From Candidatus Latescibacterota bacterium (GTDB taxonomy: Bacteria > Latescibacterota > UBA2968 > UBA8231), in NCBI GenBank assembly GCA_965242865.1, contig CBDETK010000013.1, positions 5,088,001 through 5,152,000 of the forward strand: DNA of 64,000 nt, in the 5' to 3' direction. The first letter of the stretch is position 1. Each line of letters starts with the position of its first letter. The translations under genes and the position numbers were made by a program. A model generated the notes under the pieces. That model made no database searches, had not been told where the DNA came from, and worked only from the letters and a program-made list of their open reading frames with translations. This document shows, piece by piece, positions 1-8,113 of this stretch.

Positions 1-1050
1 CCACTCAATCGTATCCCGGCGATAGTCCGTCCAGTACATCTTTCTGTTCTCCAAATCCAGCGCGAGGCCATACGGATTACTATTCGATCCCGTGGAGACG
101 AGGGTGTCGATGACGAGGGTGCCAGCCAAGTTGGCACGCAGAATCTGATCCGCGCCCGCGTCCGTCCAGTATAGGTGGGTCGGTAATACGCTGGGTGTTG
201 GCGATGGGTCCTGCGGGGCCGTTTGGTCCGTTTGGTCGGTTTCGACAGCGGTCTCTTCCCCTAAATGCGATTGGACGCGGAGGCCCCTTGCTATCGCGGC
301 GGCGAGTTGTTGATTGGCCGCGTGCTGGGTGAGGGCGTTTTCCATCACGCCCAGCCATTGCAGGTTCGTCAGGCTCGCCAACGGACTGACATCCGCAATC
401 TCATTGTCTCCTAGCTGGAGCCATTGCAGATTGGTCAGGCGAGCTAACGGACTCACGTCCGTAATTTCGTTGCCCCACAGCGACAGCTTCTGAAGATTGA
501 TAAGGCCCGCCAGCGGACTGACGTCCGCCACCTTGTTCCCCCACAAAGACAGCGTGTGCAGGTTGGTCAAGCTGGCCAGCGGACTCACGTCCGTAATCGC
601 GTTGCTCCGCAGATGTAGCGTGTGCAGTGCCGTCGCGTGTTCGAGGCCGGCCAAGCTCTCAATGTTTTTGTCGCTCGCGTCGAGTTCGGTCAGGGCGGCT
701 AAGTCTGCCGGGGTAAGCGGCCCTGCCGGGCGATTCAGTGCCTCCCGCACGCACCGCTCCAAATTGGCGTCGGCGAACTCAACGGTGGCCGATTGGGTGC
801 TGTCGGCGTCAGCGTCGGTCTGAGTGCTGTCAGCTTCGGCTTCGGTCTGGGTGGTGTCGGGGCTTTCCGGGGCGGCCAGCCCGTCGGGAGCGGTGTAGGT
901 GTCGTCGCCTAAGAATTCGCACAAGGAACAGGTAGCTTTGCCGGCAGGCCGAGAGGCGACCGGCGCGGAGTCCGAGCAGCCCATCCAAGCCCCGACGACG
1001 CCCAAAAGGACGAAGGCAAGCAGGGTTTTGAGAGATTTCAACGAAGACAT
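1..1050 (-). CDS. LRR + YWTD (LDL-receptor class B) repeat lipoprotein, partial (runs off the window start); paralogue of 22066..23775
   Basis: Not in the ORF track. Manual translation from ATG at 1050: MSSLKSLKTLLAFVLLGVVGAWMGC (lipobox), internalin-like LRRs (L..L.L.GN.I.DVSPLA.L.NL), then LYWTD/ALDLENRKMYWTD. SD AAGGAG lies upstream. Confidence 0.9.
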   Translation of the reverse strand, partial: MSSLKSLKTLLAFVLLGVVGAWMGCSDSAPVASRPAGKATCSLCEFLGDDTYTAPDGLAAPESPDTTQTEAEADSTQTDADADSTQSATVEFADANLERCVREALNRPAGPLTPADLAALTELDASDKNIESLAGLEHATALHTLHLRSNAITDVSPLASLTNLHTLSLWGNKVADVSPLAGLINLQKLSLWGNEITDVSPLARLTNLQWLQLGDNEIADVSPLASLTNLQWLGVMENALTQHAANQQLAAAIARGLRVQSHLGEETAVETDQTDQTAPQDPSPTPSVLPTHLYWTDAGADQILRANLAGTLVIDTLVSTGSNSNPYGLALDLENRKMYWTDYRRDTIEW

Positions 1051-1061
1051 TTTTTGCTCCT

Positions 1062-1553
1062 TTATATGGTTGGGGAAGAAATGGTGTGGAGGTTGGAAGA
1101 GGGGCATGACGCACCGAAAGAGGCGGAGCTAGCCCTAGGGCGATACTTGGAGAGCTCGGTACGCGCCCCTTGCTTTGGGTGCGCCTTTACTGGTGTTCTG
1201 GCGGCGTCCGAGTCGAGGGGATTCCGCCCGCGGTCTTTGGCAGACAGGTTGCGGGGGTGGTGCAGTAAACGTGGATCCGCATAAAGGCCGCACGGCAGCG
1301 TACGCTTGGGACCGTGCGGGCAGACCGCCGCGCCGCCCAACAGCCGCGCACGAGCCGTCGGCCGATGCTGAGAAGTAGAGAGTGTGGTGCTTGGTGCTAG
1401 CGGAGAATTTTCGGGGGGGGGGGGGGGTAAGTCGTTGTTTTTCAAGGATTTACGACACATTAAATTTGACGATGAATCCAAGCACCCAACAGGGTTTTGC
1501 CCCACAGCAAGGCCCCGTTCTGATGTGAAATGCTTAACCATGGTCTCGTTCAT
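1062..1553 (-). CDS. Putative poly-C-containing leader ORF upstream of the LRR-YWTD lipoprotein gene (long frame, C15)
   Basis: MNETMVKHF...RKSLKNNDLPPPPP is conserved with the copy starting at 24292. Its stop codon overlaps the SD of the downstream gene. Confidence 0.45.
   Translation of the reverse strand: MNETMVKHFTSERGLAVGQNPVGCLDSSSNLMCRKSLKNNDLPPPPPENSPLAPSTTLSTSQHRPTARARLLGGAAVCPHGPKRTLPCGLYADPRLLHHPRNLSAKDRGRNPLDSDAARTPVKAHPKQGARTELSKYRPRASSASFGASCPSSNLHTISSPTI
1413..1427. repeat. G15 homopolymer (C15 on the minus strand)
   Basis: Counted directly; the paralogous tract at 24154..24166 is G13. Confidence 0.95.
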
Positions 1554-1583
1554 TCGCCAACCGCGACACCAAATTGGCCGCTG

Positions 1584-1684
1584 TAACGGGCAGGCACGGG
1601 GGCCTGCCCCAACGGAATTCTAACGGGCAGGCACGGGGGGCCGCCCCAACGGAATTCTAACGGGCAGGCACGGGGGGCCGCCCC
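1584..1684. repeat. Tandem array of 3 (last partial) 37-bp REP-like palindromic units
   Basis: Unit taacgggcaggcacgggggcctgccccaacggaattc, with stem GGGCAGGC/GCCTGCCC. Confidence 0.9.
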
Positions 1685-1752
1685 TGATTGTAGGTTCTTT
1701 GCCGTCGAGCCATAATTAAAAGCCTAAACACAGAAGCCGCAACCTGATTTTC

Positions 1753-2343
1753 TTAGGCTCCCAAAACCTCTTCGAGCCGCTCTGGATGCCGTCGCCGCAG
1801 CTCCAGCAGCTTGCTCGCGGTGCCCACTGGCGTCAGGAGAGCAGAGCGTGGAATGGGTTGCCGCTCTTGGAGAACGCCTCCTCGCCGCTCTACATCCTCC
1901 ACGGCGAGCGGTTGCCGACCCAGCGCGTAGAAGAGTGCCGGTTCGAGCTGGACGAGGGCCGGCAGGTCGCACGGTTCGGCTCGCCTCATCGGAGTGCCGA
2001 CGAACACGGCGACTTTTCCGCCCGCAATAAACCCCGGTTCGTTGCCTTCCCAAAGGAACTGTACTCCTTCAGGCACGTTCTGCGGCCGGAGGGGCGACAC
2101 CGCGCCGGTTGGACCGAGCGAGAACGGACGAGCCGAGCGAGCGAACGCAACCTCGCAGCCGATTTCTTCAAGGGCCTCTCTAGACAGGGCCTCCTCCAGG
2201 GTCTCGCCTTCCTCAACCCTGCCCCCTATGCAGCCGCAGCCAATCGAGATTTCGCGTCGCTGACGCCGCCATTTGGTCGGCTTCTGGCACTCAAAGAGGA
2301 GTCTATTTTCAACGCGCAAAAGGATTGCAACGCCAAGGATCAT
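1753..2343 (-). CDS. NUDIX hydrolase
   Basis: Nudix box GGRVEEGETLEEALSREALEEIG. Confidence 0.85.
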   Translation of the reverse strand: MILGVAILLRVENRLLFECQKPTKWRRQRREISIGCGCIGGRVEEGETLEEALSREALEEIGCEVAFARSARPFSLGPTGAVSPLRPQNVPEGVQFLWEGNEPGFIAGGKVAVFVGTPMRRAEPCDLPALVQLEPALFYALGRQPLAVEDVERRGGVLQERQPIPRSALLTPVGTASKLLELRRRHPERLEEVLGA

Positions 2344-2909
2344 TCAGAGTCCCCAAGCGGATGCAGATCAATCGGCGTGAAAACCCCATAAAAACCATAT
2401 TTGACGCCCTGCCGATCTCCCTTTTCGGGCGGAAAGTATTCTTCTATCAGGGCCAATAATCGACAGCTAAATTCGGCCGCCTGTCTTTCGGACAGCCGGG
2501 CGCGGTTGTGATTGACGGATTGCTGGAAGGTCGCACCGTATAAGCCTTCGGCGGCCTCGCGGAATGCTTGGTTGAACTGGCCGACGACATCCGCTGGCAC
2601 GGCCTCTGCCGCACGAGGCACTCGGACGCAAATCGCCCCTGCCACTGGCAAACAACGCCATGCTCGGGGGTCTGCTCCATCTTCCTCCATCCGCACGACC
2701 CCGGTTCGCGCCAGCCGTCGCACGTGGTACAGAACCCGAGCATCGGTGACGTCCAACCGCTGCGAAATTTCCGCCACCGACTTCCCGGCACCCAAGATTT
2801 CGAGGATGCGCCACCGAAGCGGATCGGCCAATACGGTCGCACGCTCGCCTTCGACGACGAGCACCGCGTCCTTTGGGGAATGGGCCGAGAAGGTCAATTC
2901 GCGCCACAT
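2340..2909 (-). CDS. Winged helix-turn-helix (ArsR/HTH_20-like) regulator
   Basis: LADPLRWRILEIL..GKSVAEISQRL....ARVLYHVRRLARTGVV. Start placed at ATG 2909, just after the stop of the AKR gene. Confidence 0.8.
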   Translation of the reverse strand: MWRELTFSAHSPKDAVLVVEGERATVLADPLRWRILEILGAGKSVAEISQRLDVTDARVLYHVRRLARTGVVRMEEDGADPRAWRCLPVAGAICVRVPRAAEAVPADVVGQFNQAFREAAEGLYGATFQQSVNHNRARLSERQAAEFSCRLLALIEEYFPPEKGDRQGVKYGFYGVFTPIDLHPLGDSE

Positions 2910-2911
2910 GC

Positions 2912-3784
2912 TCAAGGGCCTGCGATCCCAACGCCAAACCGCTCCGCAAACGCGGCCCATACTTCAGCCGGCACTTCCTGCGTTGCCGCGTCATAAGCGT
3001 CTTGCAGTTGGTCGCGGTTGGCCGGGCCGCTCATGACGATGCCGTCGATGGGCGCGGCGAGGCAGAACTGCATGGCCAAGTGCTTGAGGTCCACATCCTG
3101 CTCTCGGCACCACGCCCACATAGCGTGTGCCCGCGGCTCGGCCGCGCGGTCCGGCTCGACGCCGGTCAAGCGGCCCATGCCAAAGACGCTGGCTAAAATC
3201 AGCCCCGTGCCGTGCCTTTTGGCCAAGGGCATTGTGGTGCGGGCGACGGACTGGTCGAGCAGCGTGTAGTCGAGGAACGTGAGGACGATTTCGGCGTGGC
3301 CGGCTTCAATGGCGGCGCGGTGGAAGTCGTGCTGGCGAACCCCCAAACCAATGTGGCCCACCAAGCCCTCTTCCTTCATCTTTTGCAGCGCGTCAAAGGC
3401 GCGTCCCAAGCCCAAAGGGGCGGCCATATCGGGGGGATCGTGGACGAGCACGGCATCGAGGTAATCAACGCGGAGCGATTGCAGGCTCTGTTCGACGCTC
3501 CAGCGCGTAGCCTCGGCCGAAAAATCCTTGGGACGCATGGGGTGCGGGCCGACCTTGGCCTGCATGTAATAGCTCGATCGCTCAACGCCGGCGAGTGCTT
3601 GGCCCCAGCGGTCCTCGTTGCGGCCAGCATAGCTGTCGAAATAGTCAATGCCCAAGTCGAGGGCCCGTTCAATGGTGGCAATGGTCTCGGCCTCGCCGGA
3701 CGCCCCGACAAAGGCCGCGCCCATGCCGAGGGCCCGGGGCTGCATCCCCGTGCGCCCCATCTTGCGACGCGGTAACTTGCTCAT
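2912..3784 (-). CDS. Aldo/keto reductase
   Basis: RRKMGRTG, ALDLGIDYFDS, SVEQSLQSLRVDYLDAVLVHDP, KEEGLVGHIGLG motifs. Confidence 0.9.
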   Translation of the reverse strand: MSKLPRRKMGRTGMQPRALGMGAAFVGASGEAETIATIERALDLGIDYFDSYAGRNEDRWGQALAGVERSSYYMQAKVGPHPMRPKDFSAEATRWSVEQSLQSLRVDYLDAVLVHDPPDMAAPLGLGRAFDALQKMKEEGLVGHIGLGVRQHDFHRAAIEAGHAEIVLTFLDYTLLDQSVARTTMPLAKRHGTGLILASVFGMGRLTGVEPDRAAEPRAHAMWAWCREQDVDLKHLAMQFCLAAPIDGIVMSGPANRDQLQDAYDAATQEVPAEVWAAFAERFGVGIAGP

Positions 3785-3926
3785 GGCTCTAACCTCCTTT
3801 TATCTCTCATAACTCGCTCCATATTAGCACACGCAACTCGCTCGCTCAAGGGACAGCATGGACAACGGCGAGATCGGCGCGTTATGTTACCTCCCGCTGC
3901 ATCGTCCTTCGCGTTAGGATAACGCT

Positions 3927-5936
3927 ATGCCCCACATCCCCCTATTCGACCGCACCCTATTGCCCGAAGCCCGCGGCGAATTCGTCGTCATCGCCGATAC
4001 TCACTACGCGCTGGCCGAAGGCGTGGGGATGCGCGAATTCCCCTCCCGCGCCCAACAGAGCCGACGGGCGGCCGCGGCATTGCGCCTAGTGGCCGCCTTG
4101 GCGCCGGATTTTGTCGTCCATCTGGGCGACGTGGTGCAGGAATACCCCGGGAGCGCGGGCTTTGAACCGGCCTTGGACCAAGCCCTCGCGCAGATGGCCG
4201 CCTGCGGCGTACAGCCGCGCTGGGTAGCTGGCAACCACGACGTGGGCGACAAACCCGACCCCACCATGCCCACCCATCCGGTCACGACCGAGGGGCTGGA
4301 CGCATACCACCGACGCTTTGGCCCATCTTGGTACAGCTTTGACTATCGAGACCTGCACCTAGTGGTGCTCAACAGCCAAATCCTGAACACCGGCCTGCCG
4401 GCCGAGCAAGAGCAAAGGGCTTGGTTGGAAGCGGACTTGGCCGCGCACACCCATCTACGCAACGCGGTATTCTTGCACCTGCCGCCCTATCTACACAACC
4501 CGGCCGAGCCGCATCAAGGGCACTACGACAACATCGGCGAACCAGCCCGCACTTGGCTGCTAACGTTGCTGACGGCCCAGCGGGTGGCTTGGCTTTTTGC
4601 GGCCCACGTGCATTTTGCCTTTTGCGACCCAGCCGCCGGCTTGGACTATCGCACCGTCCCCTCCCCTTCTTTTACGCGGCCCGGTTTTAGCCACTTGTTC
4701 AGCAGCGCACCCCCGCCGGAGCAGGGCCGCGACGACCAGCCCAAGTTGGGGTTTTACCTGTGCCGCCTGCGCCCCAACCGCCTCGACATCCACCTAATCC
4801 GCACCGCCGGAGCCAAAAATTGGCCGTCGGGATCACGGCGTTTGCTCACTCCGGCAACGGCCGACTTAGGCGGAAGCCCCTTGGGGCTGACCGCGACCCA
4901 TCCACTCGGTTGGGAAGCGCAAGTCCCCACCACCTTTCCCTCCATGGTGCGGCAGCCGGTGCGCAACGACTATCCCCTGCTGGCCTGTCTGGAACTAGGT
5001 GCCCAAGCCCTGCGCTGCCCTTGGACCGACCTGCACTCGTCCGGCGATCGCCTGCGCTTTTTGCGCGGCCAAGGCGTCCAAGTGCAGGCGATCCTTCTCG
5101 ACGACGAGGCCACGCCGCCCGACTCCACGCTGGAACGCCACCGCGACCAAGTGGATACTTGGGAGCTTCAGACGCCGGGCGGGCCGTGGCCGTCCTCGGC
5201 GTGCCTGTACCTGCTCAGGAGCTACCACCGCAATCTGCGGCTGTCCTTAGCGCCGGTGATCCCCGGCCAGCAAACAACCGGCAAGCAGCACCCCCGCACC
5301 CGCGTGGGATACCGGCCCGACGAAGTGGCCCAGCTCGATCGTCGATTGCAGGACGCGGATACGTGGATAGAAGCGGCCCTGTGCCGACTGGACGCAGCGG
5401 CCCCTTGGGAAGACGCCTTGGCGTGGCGTGCGGTACAGGCCCCAACCACGATGGGGCGGCTCGATTTGCTCTTTGAGCTGCCCGGGCAAAGCGACCGCGA
5501 CGATGCCGTGCGAGCCGCGGAGGCCCTCTTTGCAACGGCGTTGCTGCCGCGGGCGCGGCTCTTCGTCGAGCCTTTTATCGATCTGGACCGCACGATGGAT
5601 GTGGGGCAAGGGCTGTTGGACCCCCTGTGCAACCCCCGACCCGCCTTTGGCGTCCTGCGCTGTCTCAATGCGCTGTTGCAGCGCTTTTGCGAGCCTTTTG
5701 CCAAGGCCGCCAGCCTAGCAGGCGAGGGCGCGACCGCACGGCTGCTCAGGGGGCCGACCCGCACGTTGGCCCTGCTGTTGCCGACAGCTGCGGAGGCTGC
5801 CGCGCCATGGGCGTGGAAGGATGTGGGATTAGTACGGCTCTATCGCCTAGCCGACGGGACCGTAGAAGAGCTCGCGGGCGACCGGCTAGCGGAGCTCGCG
5901 CTCGATCAGCCGAGCTTGGCGATCGCGGAACATTAG
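3927..5936 (+). CDS. Calcineurin-like metallophosphoesterase with a large uncharacterised C-terminal region
   Basis: DTH, HLGD, GNHD and AHVH motifs in the N-terminal ~230 aa. Confidence 0.85.
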   Translation: MPHIPLFDRTLLPEARGEFVVIADTHYALAEGVGMREFPSRAQQSRRAAAALRLVAALAPDFVVHLGDVVQEYPGSAGFEPALDQALAQMAACGVQPRWVAGNHDVGDKPDPTMPTHPVTTEGLDAYHRRFGPSWYSFDYRDLHLVVLNSQILNTGLPAEQEQRAWLEADLAAHTHLRNAVFLHLPPYLHNPAEPHQGHYDNIGEPARTWLLTLLTAQRVAWLFAAHVHFAFCDPAAGLDYRTVPSPSFTRPGFSHLFSSAPPPEQGRDDQPKLGFYLCRLRPNRLDIHLIRTAGAKNWPSGSRRLLTPATADLGGSPLGLTATHPLGWEAQVPTTFPSMVRQPVRNDYPLLACLELGAQALRCPWTDLHSSGDRLRFLRGQGVQVQAILLDDEATPPDSTLERHRDQVDTWELQTPGGPWPSSACLYLLRSYHRNLRLSLAPVIPGQQTTGKQHPRTRVGYRPDEVAQLDRRLQDADTWIEAALCRLDAAAPWEDALAWRAVQAPTTMGRLDLLFELPGQSDRDDAVRAAEALFATALLPRARLFVEPFIDLDRTMDVGQGLLDPLCNPRPAFGVLRCLNALLQRFCEPFAKAASLAGEGATARLLRGPTRTLALLLPTAAEAAAPWAWKDVGLVRLYRLADGTVEELAGDRLAELALDQPSLAIAEH

Positions 5937-6622
5937 TCGATGTGCTCCGTGCGGTCCGAGTCGAGCAGGGCGCGCACTTCCTCAATGTTGTCCAGCCCCA
6001 GCCGGACGCGGCGGGTGAGGGCTTCCTCGGCCTCGCGCACCTTGGGCAAGGTTGCCACGACCGCGTCGAACTGGTCGTGCGGAACGACCACCACCCCGTC
6101 GCGGTCTGCGACGACAATTTCCCCCGCATCGACGCAGGTCCCGCCCATGACCACGGGCATACCAGCGGTCCCCGGCCCATTGCGGGTGCAGGAGTTGGGC
6201 GTAATGCCCATGCAGAAGGCCGGCAGGCCGACGGGCAGGATGCCGTCGATGTCGCGCATCAGGCCGTCGGTGACAAAGCCGGCGATGCCGCGATTGCGCC
6301 CCATAGCCAGCATGATGTCGCCGGCGACTGCGGTGCGAGTGAACGCATCCGTAGCGATGAAGATGGCGTCTCCTCGCTGCGCGATTTCGAGCGCGGCAAA
6401 CACGGCGAGGTTGTCGCCCGGCCCGGGATGACAGGTGACGATGGGCGCGACCAGCTTGCAGTTGTCCGGGTCGAGCGGCTTGATGCGGTAGTCGAGCGCC
6501 CCGCGGCCGTTCATGCAGTCGGCAATAAAGCCGGTGGGAACGTTCCGTAGCGCGCGCAGGATGGCTTCTGAGGGCCGCGGAAAGTGGCGGCGAACCGTGA
6601 GCAGCGGAGGGTCTTTGATCAT
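5933..6622 (-). CDS. RraA family / 4-hydroxy-4-methyl-2-oxoglutarate aldolase-like protein
   Basis: PGDNLA, AGDIM, GFVTDGLMRD, GEIVVADRDGVVVVP. Confidence 0.88.
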   Translation of the reverse strand: MIKDPPLLTVRRHFPRPSEAILRALRNVPTGFIADCMNGRGALDYRIKPLDPDNCKLVAPIVTCHPGPGDNLAVFAALEIAQRGDAIFIATDAFTRTAVAGDIMLAMGRNRGIAGFVTDGLMRDIDGILPVGLPAFCMGITPNSCTRNGPGTAGMPVVMGGTCVDAGEIVVADRDGVVVVPHDQFDAVVATLPKVREAEEALTRRVRLGLDNIEEVRALLDSDRTEHID

Positions 6623-6731
6623 GTTGGCTCCAAAGGTGAACGAGGGCGGACTATTGTACAAGGGGCCGAGGGCGGTTGTCAAATCCCGAGGGCTTGCACG
6701 CGATCTCTTCGTCCTGCCTGCACAAGAGACT

Positions 6732-6768
6732 TTTGAGTTTTCTAAAGTCCCACTTTATATTTCTCAAA
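6732..6768 (+). promoter_or_regulatory. Sigma70-like promoter with overlapping dyad, leaderless start of the AAA gene
   Basis: TTGAGT-17 nt-TATATT lies 8 nt before ATG 6770. Dyad TTTGAG..TAAAGT ccc ACTTTA..CTCAAA is centred at 6750. Confidence 0.55.
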
Positions 6769-6769
6769 C

Positions 6770-7945
6770 ATGAAATACATCCCCCGCCTCCTCGAAACCG
6801 AGCTCCTCCAAGCTGTCCGGCACTTTCCCGCGGTGCTCCTGACCGGCCCGCGCCGCGCCGGCAAGACCACCTTGCTGCGCCATTTATTTCCCCGCGCCGA
6901 ATACTATCTAGTCGAAGACCCCGATATTATCGCCCGCCTGCGCTCAGACCCCCGGGCCTTTCTCGACGAGATTCGCCCGCCCGTTATCCTCGACGAAATC
7001 CAGAACGTCCCGGAACTGCTCGGCTATATCCGCACCCGCATCGACGCCCGCCCCGACCGGCTGGGCCAATGGCTCCTCACCGGCTCTCAGGAAGCGCCCC
7101 TCATGCGGGGGGTGACCGAATCCATGGCCGGCCGGGCCGCGATCTTCCAGCTCATGCCCCTGTCCGTGCGGGAGACGGCCGCGACCTCCCTGCTCAAAGG
7201 CGGCTTCCCCGAAGTGTTAGCTCGGCCCTCAGTGGCCCGCACTTGGTTCGCCTCGTACGTCCAGACCTATCTGGAGCGGGATGTGCGCGCCGTCAGTGCC
7301 ATTGGCGACTTAGCCACCTTCCGCCGCTTCGTCGCGCTGGTGGCCAGCCGCTGCGGCCAAATCCTCAACAAGACCGACTTAGCCGCGCCCCTCGGGGTCT
7401 CTGTGCCGACGATTTCGGCTTGGCTGAACATCCTCGAAATCACCGCCCAGATCATCTTGGTCCCGCCCTTCTACCACAACTTTGGCAAACGGCTCGTCAA
7501 ATCGCCCAAAATATACTTCGTCGATTCGGGCTTGGCCTGCCACCTACTGGGCATTGAGACCGCCGCGGCCTTGCGTGCTTCCCCTTTTTATGGTGCGCTT
7601 TTTGAGGGCTTTGTCGCCGCAGAAATCGCCAAGCAGCAGCTCAATACCGCCCGCCGCCGCGAACTGTATTACTTCCGCGACCAGCAGGGGCTTGAGGTCG
7701 ATTTTCTCGTGCCCGCCGGCCCCGCCCGCCTGCTGCTGGTAGAGGCCAAGGCCGGCCATACCGTAGATCCCGGGGCGGCCCGGTCCCTGTTGCGTCTAGA
7801 CAAGGCCATCGACGAGTACGAGGTCGAGCGTCTGGTCGCGCATCAGCCGTTGCCCGATACGCCAAACCTGTCCGCGCTCTGTCCGGGCGTGCGGGCGGTC
7901 TCGGTCGAGGGGTTGCTGGAGCACCTGACGTACCCCCAAGCCTGA
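6770..7945 (+). CDS. AAA_14 ATPase with DUF4143 domain
   Basis: Walker A GPRRAGKT, ILDEIQ, LTGSQ, KSPKIYFVDSGLA, EVDFLV...VEAK. Confidence 0.92.
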   Translation: MKYIPRLLETELLQAVRHFPAVLLTGPRRAGKTTLLRHLFPRAEYYLVEDPDIIARLRSDPRAFLDEIRPPVILDEIQNVPELLGYIRTRIDARPDRLGQWLLTGSQEAPLMRGVTESMAGRAAIFQLMPLSVRETAATSLLKGGFPEVLARPSVARTWFASYVQTYLERDVRAVSAIGDLATFRRFVALVASRCGQILNKTDLAAPLGVSVPTISAWLNILEITAQIILVPPFYHNFGKRLVKSPKIYFVDSGLACHLLGIETAAALRASPFYGALFEGFVAAEIAKQQLNTARRRELYYFRDQQGLEVDFLVPAGPARLLLVEAKAGHTVDPGAARSLLRLDKAIDEYEVERLVAHQPLPDTPNLSALCPGVRAVSVEGLLEHLTYPQA

Positions 7946-8113
7946 AAGCCGCGAGATTCTGCCAGCTTTCACCGGCCATCGCGGCTAGGATCGCTTTTGA
8001 CAATTTTCACTGTATCGGCCACTTTCAGCAAATGCTGAACATACCGAGATCAGAAAAAGCCCTTGTCGATCAAGCCGCGCAAGCACTACGCCAGACGCTG
8101 GAAAAGCCGCCTC

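Noticed and set aside
1584-1684. CRISPR array (also 24324..24459)
   Set aside because: The units are contiguous with no unique spacers, and there are no cas genes in the window.
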